From the NCBI GenBank assembly GCA_964016885.1, contig OZ024745.1, positions 40,858,001 through 40,922,000 of the forward strand: 64,000 nt of DNA, in the 5' to 3' direction. The notes under the pieces are model-generated. The model was given only the letters and a program-made list of their open reading frames with translations. It had not been told where the DNA came from and ran no database searches. Shown here piece by piece: positions 26,929 through 37,273 of the stretch. The position numbers and the translations under genes were made by a program. This DNA comes from Eledone cirrhosa (lineage: Eukaryota). Each line of letters begins with the position of its first letter. The first letter of the stretch is position 1.

Positions 26929-27894
26929 ATGAAAAGTACACGCCTAAATGCCACCCACACTATACCCCAAAATACCAACAACTCTTCTAATATAAAGTAT
27001 AGTAACTCTCAAAAAACTACTCATCATACAACTCTAATAAATGTTAATAATAAAACCCCTAATAAACAAGATAAAACACCTAAATCTATAAATCTAACTA
27101 AAAATGTGCGTGGTGAGATCATTAACATTAATCCTCCTAGTAAACATCACGATACAACCTATAAAAATAATAAACAACATAGAAACCGTAATAGACGAGT
27201 TACTTGGTATAATGCTCCATTTAATTTACAAATTAAGGATAATATTGCTAAAAATTTTTTTTATATCCTAGAGAAAAACTTCCCGCCAAACCACAAATAC
27301 CATCAAATCTTAAATAGGTCTACAGTTAAATTCTCATACTCAACAACCAATAACATAAAACAAAATATAAGTGCCTATAATGCATATATATGTAAGAATA
27401 CCATAAGTATACCACCAATACATCAAACTAACCATAATATCTCCTCAAATACAGAATTAACGAAAGGTTGTAACTGTAGAAACAAAGCAAACTGCCCATT
27501 AAAAGGAAATTGTCTTGTTAACAACATAGTTTATAAATGTAATGTTAAAACTAAAGATTCTATTTGCTCATATATAGGAGCTACTTCTAACAATTTTAAG
27601 GTAAGGTTTAATACCCACAAACATAGTTTTAAAAATGCCGCACTGGCTAATACAACATCTCTAGCAGAAAAAATCAATAGTTATAAAAATAAGAATATAG
27701 AATATGATATGACCTGGAGTGTGCTCAAAAGAGCCACCCCTTATCAAAATAATAGAAATGAATGTAGATTATGTTCCCAAGAACTATTTGAAATAATGAA
27801 ATCTAAGGATATCCTATTAAATAAACGACAGGAATTAATTATATCGTGTAATCATAAACTAAGAAAAACATTTAAATATTATAAACCTAATTAA
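26929..27894 (+). CDS. PLE C-terminal linker and GIY-YIG endonuclease (5'-truncated ORF; tentatively Naiad-like)
   Basis: WYNAPF...KNFPPNH...NRSTVKFSYS; CNCR...CPLKGNCL..NIVYKC...YIGAT..FKVRFNTH..SF; W.VL..Y....CRLC..E...LLNKRQE...CNH; frame is open back to 26887, the inversion junction. Confidence 0.88.
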   Translation: MKSTRLNATHTIPQNTNNSSNIKYSNSQKTTHHTTLINVNNKTPNKQDKTPKSINLTKNVRGEIININPPSKHHDTTYKNNKQHRNRNRRVTWYNAPFNLQIKDNIAKNFFYILEKNFPPNHKYHQILNRSTVKFSYSTTNNIKQNISAYNAYICKNTISIPPIHQTNHNISSNTELTKGCNCRNKANCPLKGNCLVNNIVYKCNVKTKDSICSYIGATSNNFKVRFNTHKHSFKNAALANTTSLAEKINSYKNKNIEYDMTWSVLKRATPYQNNRNECRLCSQELFEIMKSKDILLNKRQELIISCNHKLRKTFKYYKPN

Positions 27895-28367
27895 TAACAT
27901 TATTTTAGAAATTAATATATAATTTAATTTAAATGTTAGTTAACCTATAAATTTAATTTAATTAAAATTCTACTACAGATGAGATTATAAAATATTGTGT
28001 AATCATAAATTGTGAAAAACTTTTAAATATTACTAATATATACTTCGTAAATTAATTTATAGATTAATTTTAATTTATTTAACCTTTTATTAAAATTCCT
28101 TTACAGATAAAATATAACAAAATATCGTGTATTCAATGACAGAGAAATATTTTTTAATATTATAGACCTAATTATTGTACATTTTAGAAATATATTTATA
28201 ATTTGGTTTTAATTTGGTTAACCTAAAAATTTAATTTAATTGGCTTAAAATTAAAATCCTAATACAGATGGATTGCAGAGTGTCATGTAATCATAGACTG
28301 AGATAGGTTTTGGATGTATACCTAGTTAATATATTCTTTGCAATTTTTGAAAAAATATGTATATATA

Positions 28368-28464
<97 letters not shown>

Positions 28465-28860
28465 ATATATTAATTTTATTTTCTGTTTACCTATAATTAT
28501 ATTCTACTATAGATAAAATACAATATCTGTTTTAATTATTATAAACCTAATTAACATATACTATAGAAATTAATATATAATTTTTAATTTAGTTAACCTA
28601 TAATTTATATTCTACTACCGATGTAATACTTTATTTGTTTTTTTTCCCTATTACTAAATTCATTTCCTAATATTGATACCATAACGTTAATAATTTTAAT
28701 TTAGTTATACTATAATTAATACTCTACTACTATTTAACTTCAAAATTCCGCTTCAAATATTATAAACCTAAGTAGTATACACCTTAGAAATCAATATATT
28801 AACTATCTTTAATTTAGTTAACCTATAATTAATAGTCTACTTATATTAAAATGCATAATT
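27850..28860 (+). repeat. Degenerate AT-rich tandem repeat (units roughly 130-220 bp) beginning in the end of the GIY-YIG ORF
   Basis: Recurring tattataaacctaa...ttagaaattaatatat...ttagttaacctataa...tctactac near 27877, 28158, 28537, 28758. Confidence 0.75.
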
Positions 28861-29106
28861 TTGCCTTCTTTCTTACATTTCCTAATACTGAAACTACTAT
28901 GTAAACACATATTATGATTTAAATGCAGATTAATATTCTATGTTTCTTGAAACCTATATTTACTATAATCCCCCCCCTCCCCCCTATTATTATTTGTATT
29001 TGTAAGCGTGGATGTATGTATGTATATGTAGGTAGGTATGTATGTTTGGGTGTTTGTATGTGAGTATAAAAATACATATGTGCGCATGTAAATAAGGGTA
29101 TATGAT

Positions 29107-29155
<49 letters not shown>

Positions 29156-29320
29156 GTATGTATATATATATATATATGTATGTATCTATGTATTTATGTG
29201 GGTATACGTGTGTATGTATATGTATGCGCATATATACGTCTATGTGTATATGTGTGTATGTGTATATATGTACGTATGTGCGCATGTATATGTGAGTGTG
29301 TGTATATATATATATATATA

Positions 29321-29617
29321 TACGATATTGAATGAATAGAGGCTGTATATGTAGGGCCATATTTGTTTCATTATATATGTTTCAGGGATGTCATATTGGC
29401 GATGTGTTGTGCCTTCTTCAGACAAAATACAATATAGACAGTTTTATAAATAAATAGATTTGACATACTGTTCAACATCGACTTGTATTTGAAAAGTTGA
29501 TTTGGCAGTATTTTGTCTGAGGAAGGCATAACATATTGTTAGTGTGATGTCCCTGAGGTATGTATGATGAAATAGATATGGTTTTGTAGATGTAGTTTCC
29601 ATTTATTTAATATCGTA
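29321..29617 (+). other. 110-bp gap-free RNA hairpin rich in G.U pairs
   Basis: Arms 29321-29430 and 29508-29617; manual pairing gives 80 Watson-Crick, 28 G.U, 1 A.C and 1 A.G. Confidence 0.9.
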
Positions 29618-29701
29618 AATATACTCCAAATACTTGTTGAGTGCTTTTATATCAGTTATAAATATTTACTAGTTGTAACCCAACAACTTAAATATAACTT
29701 T

Positions 29702-29769
<68 letters not shown>

Positions 29770-29809
29770 AGTTGATGTGTGTATGTGTATATATATATGT
29801 ATGTATATG

Positions 29810-29920
<111 letters not shown>

Positions 29921-30026
29921 ATATGTGTGTATATGTATGTGAGTGCATATTTGTCTGACTGTGTGTATTAATTTATTTATTTATTTATTTATTTTATTTC
30001 TTTATTTTTATATATATATATGTATA

Positions 30027-30069
<43 letters not shown>

Positions 30070-30378
30070 ATATATATGTGTGTGTATGTATATGTATGTG
30101 TGTATGTGTGTGTATGTATATGTGTGTGTGTATGTGTGTATATATTTATATGTGTATATGTATCTCTATTTATATATGTATATATGTGTATGTATATCCC
30201 TTTATTTATGTATGTCTGAGTTGTGTGAGCGTGTGGTTGTGTTTGTATGTGTATACGCATACATGGATGTGTATGTATGTGTATATATGCGTATATGTAT
30301 GTGTGTATGTGTGTGTGTGTATATATGTATATCTATGTATGAGTATGTATATGTATGTATGTGTATATATATATGTGT

Positions 30379-30434
<56 letters not shown>

Positions 30435-30621
30435 TATATTATATGTGTGTGTGTATATATATATATATATATCTTTGTATGTGTGTATGTGTATATGTGT
30501 ATATGTATGTGTGTATATATATATATATATATATGTGTGTGTGGGTATGTATGTGTATGTATGTATATACATGAGTGTGTTTATATATGTGTATAGATAT
30601 ATGTATATATATATATATATG

Positions 30622-30831
30622 TGTGAATGAAGTAATTCCATCGGAAAAGTCCAGGAAAAAAGAGTGCTCTATGTAAGCAACAGAGCTTAATTATTATTAT
30701 TATGTAATAAACAACATAAGGCAATTATTCCATTTACCAGTGGTTTCTTAAAAGCAAAAGGTTTTGCTTTCAATCCTCGAAACCACTGGTAAATGGAATA
30801 ATTGCCTTATGTTGTTTATTACATAATAATA

Positions 30832-30835
<4 letters not shown>
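30622..30835 (-). mobile_element. PLE-type 3' terminus (family H) with fold-back of a hammerhead-like 3' half, nested in (TA)n
   Basis: Perfect 57-bp arms at 30691-30747 and 30779-30835 containing GAAA-cc(act)gg-TA-aatggaataa; absent from the opposite arm of the host. Confidence 0.7.
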
Positions 30836-30905
<70 letters not shown>

Positions 30906-31352
30906 TGTGAATGTATATATATATCTATGTGTGTATATGTATATATATATGTGTGTATATATGTATATGTCTATGTATTTATATGTGTATATGTATGTGT
31001 CTCTATATGTATGCGTGTGTGTATGTGTATATGTATTTATATGGTGTGTGTATGTATATGTATGTGTATGTATGTGTTTATGTATATGTGTATGTATATG
31101 TATGTATATATATATATATATATAAAAACAAATAACGAAACGAAATTAAATTTCGTTTCGTTTGTAACTCACTTTTGTATGACTGACGCTTAAACAATTA
31201 AGTTAAAGATGTACATGCATATATGTATACTGAAATACTAGTATGTATATGAATACACACACGTATACATATGTAGATGTACCAAGTTTTTTTTGTACTG
31301 GTTATAACGATATGTGCTTTTACGATTCTCTAGAGAGGCCGGAAGATAGGTA

Positions 31353-31397
31353 AATATTGCTGATGAGTTGTAACAACAACGAAACTAGTTCAATATT
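31353..31397 (+). ncRNA. Minimal type I hammerhead ribozyme (family E, copy 1)
   Basis: aatattg-CTGATGA-gttgt(aaca)acaac-GAAA-ctag-TT-caatatt; canonical core, perfect stems, palindromic stem III aactagtt. Confidence 0.9.
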
Positions 31398-31821
31398 CCT
31401 TGTCTGGCTTTCTGGAGAATAGAGGAAATGTGTTTCCTCAAAAACCAGTATGACTCTAAAAACCGGTTTGTCTGTGTGTTTACATACAGGATAGCTGGCC
31501 ACTCACAGTAAAGTGACCAGTGAAAAAAAACTTGGTACATCTACATATGTATACGTGTGTGTATGCATATACATACTAGTATTTCAGTATACATATATGG
31601 ATGTACATCTTTAACTTAATTGTTTAAGCGTCAGTCATACAAAAGTGAGTTACAAACGAAACGAAATTTAATTTCGTTTCGTTATTTGTTTTTATCGTCT
31701 ACGTTGAACCGGTACTTACTCACACTCTATGCAAATTAGTCTGCCCACTACTAATTTTCATAGAAAAAGCATATAACGATATGTGCTTTTACGATTCTCT
31801 AGAGAGGCCGGAAGATAGGTA

Positions 31822-31866
31822 AATATTGCTGATGAGTTGTAACAACAACGAAACTAGTTCAATATT
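31822..31866 (+). ncRNA. Minimal type I hammerhead ribozyme (family E, copy 2)
   Basis: Identical to 31353-31397, 469 bp downstream. Confidence 0.9.
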
Positions 31867-32087
31867 CCTTGTCTGGCTTTCTGGAGAATAGAGGAAAGGT
31901 GTTTCCTCAAAAACCAGTATGACTCTAAAAACCGGTTTGTCTGTGTGTTTACATACAGGATAGCTGGCCACTCACAGTAAAGTGACCAGTGAAAAAAACT
32001 TTGGTACATCTACATATGTATACGTGTGTGTATTCATATACATACTAGTATTTCAGTATACATATATGGATGTACATCTTTAACTTA

Positions 32088-32132
<45 letters not shown>

Positions 32133-32158
32133 ATCGATGTAGATTTTATATTTTACTT

Positions 32159-32197
<39 letters not shown>

Positions 32198-32831
32198 CTT
32201 AATATTTTTCTTTTTTCATTTTCTTTTTCTTTTTCTTTTTCTTTTTCTCTTTCTTTTTCTTTTTCTTTTTATTTCTAAATTTATAGATACATTTATAAAT
32301 AGGCAGTTTGCTGACACCAGTAAATACTGACCTCTTCCCCCCCCCCCACCTACTTTCTGTATCTGGATCTAAATATGTGTGGCAGTGTTTATGTGCGCGC
32401 ATTAATGTCCATATGCTTATGATAATAGTATATACACATATATGTGTGTGGGGGGGGGGGTGTATGTATGTTCGTGGTTGTGTGTATGTTTATGCGTATA
32501 CGCGCGTGTGTGTGTGAATGTATGTATATGTGTGAGTATATGAATGTGTATATATTTATTTTTATATTTATATGTTTATATGCGTGTACGTATTTTATCT
32601 GTAGATTATAAACATACAGAGACATTAGCCCTGAATTTTTGTATTTACATACATCTTTTCGGCATGCGTATGCATGTGAACATATATTTTTATGCATATC
32701 TGTGAACGAAGTTACTTACATATATACATACACCTAACTGTATAAACTTTTTGTGTTTTCATTGGTCAATTTGAACTCTGTTCCCAAACAGACCTGTAAT
32801 TTTGAATTGTTGTTATTATCAATAAATATAT

Positions 32832-32985
32832 TTCATTATTTCTGAAGACGGCATATATATGTGTTGGTATGTATATTTAATTTTGATAGTTTGTATAATT
32901 TTGTATAATTTTGTACATAGATCTGTTGAATATGCATGCCAATTCTAACACATATATATCCTAGAAACGATCGTTAAATAATGAA
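32832..32985 (+). ncRNA. Type I hammerhead with ~115-nt stem II (family D)
   Basis: ttcattattt-CTGAAGA-[32849-32963 hairpin]-GAAA-cgatcg-TT-aaataatgaa; 10-bp stem I; palindromic aacgatcgtt. Confidence 0.72.
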
Positions 32986-33039
32986 CATTTTTTGTTTAAT
33001 ATAAGGAACTGTTTCATTGTTTTATTCATTATTTTTTAA

Positions 33040-33082
<43 letters not shown>

Positions 33083-33215
33083 ATAATAATAAAGTTAACT
33101 CTGTTGCAATTCGATTCGAGCACTCAGCGTACTTTTTCCACATAGGAGAGACGGAGTATATTTAGAATAAGAAAAGGCAATGTAGTTTCAGATGTTAAAG
33201 TCCTTCAATAATAAT

Positions 33216-33290
33216 GCTGTGATACATATATCAATGACGACATTGGTGACCCTCTTCGGTGTACCCAGTGCCGTGACATCATCAGACAAC
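33216..33290 (-). ncRNA. Degenerate hammerhead (family F), GAAA changed to GATA
   Basis: Homologous to 33667-33741. Confidence 0.55.
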
Positions 33291-33666
33291 TTCTTACATA
33301 ATGAGGTTATGTTCCCAAGTTAAAATCCCGATTGAAGTAAATAAAAAAATTAAAATATATATATATATATAATAGCTAATACTTGTGAGATGTTTAAATT
33401 ATGGTAGGAAGTCTGGCAGTAGGGATTTACAGTGTGTGTAATGGTAGAGGGAGTTTCCGGGTGTAGTCAATGGTTGGTACCTTACTTCTTCACAATATCG
33501 GTTCTACGATGGAGCGCTCTACAGGTTGGAGTTAGATCCTTGATGTTAACTTTGTTGCAATTCGATTCGAGCACTCAACGCACTTTTTCCGCATTGGAGT
33601 GACGGAGTATATTTAGATTCAGGAAAAGCAAAGGATTTTCACATGTTAAAGTCCTTTAAAGATAAT

Positions 33667-33741
33667 GCTGTGATACATATTTCAATGACGACAGTGGCGA
33701 CCCTCTTCGTTGTACCCAGTGCCGTGGCATCATCAGACAGC
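33667..33741 (-). ncRNA. Type I hammerhead ribozyme (family F)
   Basis: gctgt-CTGATGA-tgccacggcactgggtac...gccactgtcgtcatt-GAAA-tatgta-TC-acagc. Confidence 0.75.
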
Positions 33742-34244
33742 GTCTTACATAATAAGGTTATGTTCCCGAGGTAATCCAAATTGAATCAACAAGGGAACGG
33801 ACAAAGCAGGTGCTCTTGAGTCCTTCGCCTGTTTCCTTGTGAGTCCCGATTCACCCGCACCGGTTTACGCAGGCGCAAGTCCGGAGGAAATTGACCATCC
33901 ACCACCCCAAAACTATACGAAATTCGCCTGGGCAAATCCTCCCTACCCCAACGAAACAATCACCCCCATTCAGCTCTGTAATATGAGACGGCTATAGTTT
34001 GCTGCTAGCTGACTTGGTAGTTACAGCGGTACTGGCAGAGTATGATTCTCAATGGGCCTTACTAATACGCCTACATTCCGCTTGGACAATAGAATTTGCC
34101 ATCAGCCGCTAAGAGAATTTAACTTAATTTTAGATGTGATGGTTTCACAGTGGAATTTATGATTGAAAATTAGAAATTAAAATATTTACAATTTAAAATC
34201 CTGCTTGAAGTAAATTTAAAAAAATAAATAAATATATATATATA

Positions 34245-34430
34245 ATTGTTTATACTTTTGGCACAAGGCCAACAATTAACCAATGTATTACTGGTACTTT
34301 ATTTTATCGACCCCCTAAGGATGAAAGGCAAAGTTAAGCTCGGCAGGATTTGAACTCAGAATGGCAAGTGCCGTAACTCTATGCGTCAAACCTTGGCGTC
34401 CAGCCCTCTACCGCTACTGCCAAACTACCA
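34245..34430 (-). mobile_element. tRNA-derived SINE inserted into the family F repeat
   Basis: SINE consensus; the homologous empty site is at about 33355-33375. Confidence 0.88.
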
Positions 34431-34689
34431 TATAATAGCTAAAACTAGGGAGATGTTTAAATTATGGTAATTTTGAAAGGGGGAGCAATGTTACAGATAT
34501 AGTATCCACACATTCAACAGCAACACCGCACTGTAGAACGGAGAGTGAATTACAGTATGAAACGTAGTAATTAGGCAAATAATTAGGTAATATCTTCTAT
34601 TTCATCATTCGTTCTCATTGCGGAATGGTTTTGTATGGCGTCAGTTTGTGATTTGAACTCGGGAAATTAATATTCTCTGAGGGAGAAGA

Positions 34690-34771
34690 GCCTTCTGAAG
34701 ATTGGTCCCTTCTCAATGGAAATCCGCTTGGATTTTCCGTTTATTCTGGAGCATGAAACCGCGGAAAAGGC
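34690..34771 (+). ncRNA. Hammerhead-like motif (family J) with one core substitution
   Basis: gcctt-CTGAAGA-structured stem II-GAAA-ccgcgg-AA (expected TH)-aaggc; (TA)n follows 70 bp later. Confidence 0.6.
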
Positions 34772-34839
34772 AAATATAGTAAGGACTGGGAATTTTTTTT
34801 TATTTATTTTAAAACAGTTTCTCTATTTGCTAGACCTTG

Positions 34840-34921
<82 letters not shown>

Positions 34922-34923
<2 letters not shown>

Positions 34924-35099
34924 ACGAAGGAATTGTGGTAAGGAACCAGATGGACTATAACGCAACAGAGTACTCAATACTTAGGGTACTGGAGTGGGTA
35001 ATAGGAAAAAGTATGACCCCAACGGCAGAACTCAACCCGTTTCGACGGCTACTTCTGGACTCAAATATGTCCAGAAATAGCCGTCAAAACGGCTTGAGC

Positions 35100-35100
<1 letters not shown>
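34922..35100 (-). mobile_element. Family B fold-back element, third copy
   Basis: Same terminus aacgaaggaattgtggtaaggaaccag; turn at gacggctacttctggac(tcaaatat)gtccagaaatagccgtc. Confidence 0.78.
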
Positions 35101-35136
<36 letters not shown>

Positions 35137-35143
35137 ATATATT

Positions 35144-35500
35144 TCGTTTCTAAATTTGTTTAGCAAGATTCTTTATCTGAAAAGGTGTGTTGAAACCGAT
35201 AATGTTATACTTTGGGAGGGCCATGTTGCCAATAAGAAACACACGCACCAGTTGCTTTCACTTCAATTTATTATAAATTAAATTCATAAATTTAGCAATT
35301 TATAAATTTCCGGTTGGTTGGTTGGTTCCACAACCAGACGATTGTTCATATATTGTCAAAGTTCTTTCGTCTACACAATCTGTGACCTTTTCAGTGACTG
35401 GGGATTATTTTCTTTGTTTTTATGCCTTTCCTTTGTTTTGTCCTACGCCATCATGTTTTTGTGTGTGTTTCGTATTGACAACATGACCCTTCCAAAGTAT

Positions 35501-35508
<8 letters not shown>
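35144..35508 (-). mobile_element. Solo 3' terminal repeat of PLE family A with a short inverted piece
   Basis: 35144-35468 is a diverged reverse complement of about 5905-6228, with a degenerate HHR at 35354-35399; 35473-35508 matches about 6138-6172 in direct orientation. Confidence 0.88.
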
Positions 35509-35582
<74 letters not shown>

Positions 35583-35686
35583 GTAATAATAATAAATTTG
35601 AAGACTAAAATCCAAAGAGGGTTCGATAAGGATATATCAAATATATAAGAAGCGTAGAGCAAATATTTATTAAAATAACAGATTAA

Positions 35687-35737
35687 AGTTTAAGCAAAGA
35701 ATCGCTGCTTTCACCCTTAACGGGATGTTCTGAAACT
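35687..35737 (-). ncRNA. Degenerate hammerhead (family G) in the tail of the 36.6-37.1 kb PLE
   Basis: agttt-CAGAACA (decayed CTGANGA)-tccc(gttaa)gggt-GAAA-gca...tgc-TT-aaact. Confidence 0.5.
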
Positions 35738-36583
35738 AACAAAGTCAATCTATGAACGCAGAAGTGAATATTTCAAAAAACGTTGCAACCGGAGGAAGAC
35801 AGGTATACGATACTTTGGTTCGTGGAAACGTTCCCTGGCAAAGAACGGGAAAAAACGAATACGTCATTATTTGGAGCGGTGAAAAAACAATTACACGCAA
35901 AGACAGAACCACGTTTATGGTATAAAAGAAGTCGTAGACTAATATTCTCTAGGTGGTTCATAGAGACATTTTCTGGCAATGAACAGAAAAAACGAAGATA
36001 AGACAAAACCACGTAAATGGTATAACTGAAGTCGTAGACTAAAATTCTAACTAGGAAACCGAATGATTCACCGCTACAGAGTTAAGAATAAAGTAAATAA
36101 AATACAGAGGTAATTTAAATTAAATAAATACATACACGCGTCCATATACTTACATACACAAGCATACGCGAAAACACTCGCCATAGGTAAACAAATAAAC
36201 GTGCATATAAATATGCGTGTGTGTGTGTGCGTGTATACAAATAATTAAATAAACGTATATAAATAAATAAATACGTATATAACAAGCGCACACACATACC
36301 CACATGTAAATACACAAATGTTCGGAGACGGACGTCAACCAAAACACGAAGTACACATATACGTACGAACCCGCATACTCACACAGACGCAAAACTCATG
36401 TATACACATAACCAAAAGCATATGTACCAGAATATAAAATATACGCCATAACATATACAATCAAATATACGTACGAGAAAGCATACAGGTAATATATACT
36501 TACCTATGCATTAAGTAATGGTATAAACATAACATATACTTAGCTACCACATCAAGACGTAAAATATCCCCGTATAGATCGTA

Positions 36584-37129
36584 CTATACGTTAGGGTATA
36601 ATGTGGGGCTGTAATGCAGGAAAGTTTTGTGCAATTTATGTTTACAAGCCAAAATTGCCTCAGATTTTTTGTTTAAGATGTGGTCTGTGGCGTAGAGTAT
36701 TTCCAGGGCCTCAGCGGCGCAGAGGTCACATGGTCTTTTATTTCCGTTATATGATCTAGCCCTAGCTAGGATCTCCCAGTGTAACTCATATTGGGTGTGG
36801 TTGTCTTTTAGACTTCAGATATAAGCTGAAAGTGACGTCATATTCCTTCTTAGAGGGTAACGAAAATAATGGGCATGCATGTAAAGACGCTGCTTGAATC
36901 TATTGGCGGTTAACCCTATGTTGGCCCTACGGGACGTGGGTGTTTCAACCTTACATTTGTAGACAGTGTTCCTAGAGAGGCATTTCCCGGATAGGGGGCA
37001 ATCAACCCGATTCCTACAATTACAGTTAGTACTAACTACAGGGTTGCACGTGTTCCTACGACTAGGTAGTTTAGCTAAATTTGAAGCTGTGATGTTATGT
37101 GCAAGGTTAGGAGTCGTAGAGTGAGACAT
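36584..37129 (-). pseudogene. PLE GIY-YIG endonuclease fragment with one internal stop
   Basis: CNCRNRVDCPLSGKCL..VYKC..NIGLTANRFKQR..H; past the TGA at 36815 the frame continues SLKD...WEIL...CDLC..E...LNKKSE...CKH to 36584. Confidence 0.85.
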
Positions 37130-37181
37130 GTTAATAGTATTTCTATTAAAAATTTTACTATATTAATATATATATATATAT

Positions 37182-37273
<92 letters not shown>

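Larger units (their letters stand above)
31123..32092 (+). mobile_element. Non-coding HHR tandem element (retrozyme or pLTR-like, family E)
   Basis: 469-bp period (31303-31771, then partial 31772-32092), preceded by an inverted partial copy (about 31123-31293 vs 31523-31694); nested in (TA)n. Confidence 0.85.
33093..34470 (-). mobile_element. Partial tandem of an HHR-bearing repeat (family F)
   Basis: About 33093-33320 recurs at about 33545-33770, and about 33320-33406 at about 34192-34469 (SINE-interrupted); related to 17660-17955. Confidence 0.75.

Noticed and set aside
26929-27894. Stand-alone GIY-YIG endonuclease gene with its own ATG between long inverted repeats (a novel DNA transposon)
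   Set aside because: The frame stays open upstream of the ATG to the inversion junction (26887), and the inverted arm is a copy of the element's own 3' tail. This fits a 5'-truncated PLE with inversion.
31303-32092. CRISPR-like array, or a duplicated 60-aa gene (31320-31502 and 31789-31971)
   Set aside because: Whole 469-bp units are duplicated with no unique spacers or cas genes; the short ORFs are antisense to the ribozyme and unrecognisable.
36815-36817. In-frame TGA as selenocysteine (some Naiad PLEs encode selenoproteins)
   Set aside because: It falls at a Trp position (YI*SLK versus LLWDLK in the 22.4-kb homologue), so a TGG-to-TGA nonsense change is simpler; the conserved Cys codons are ordinary.
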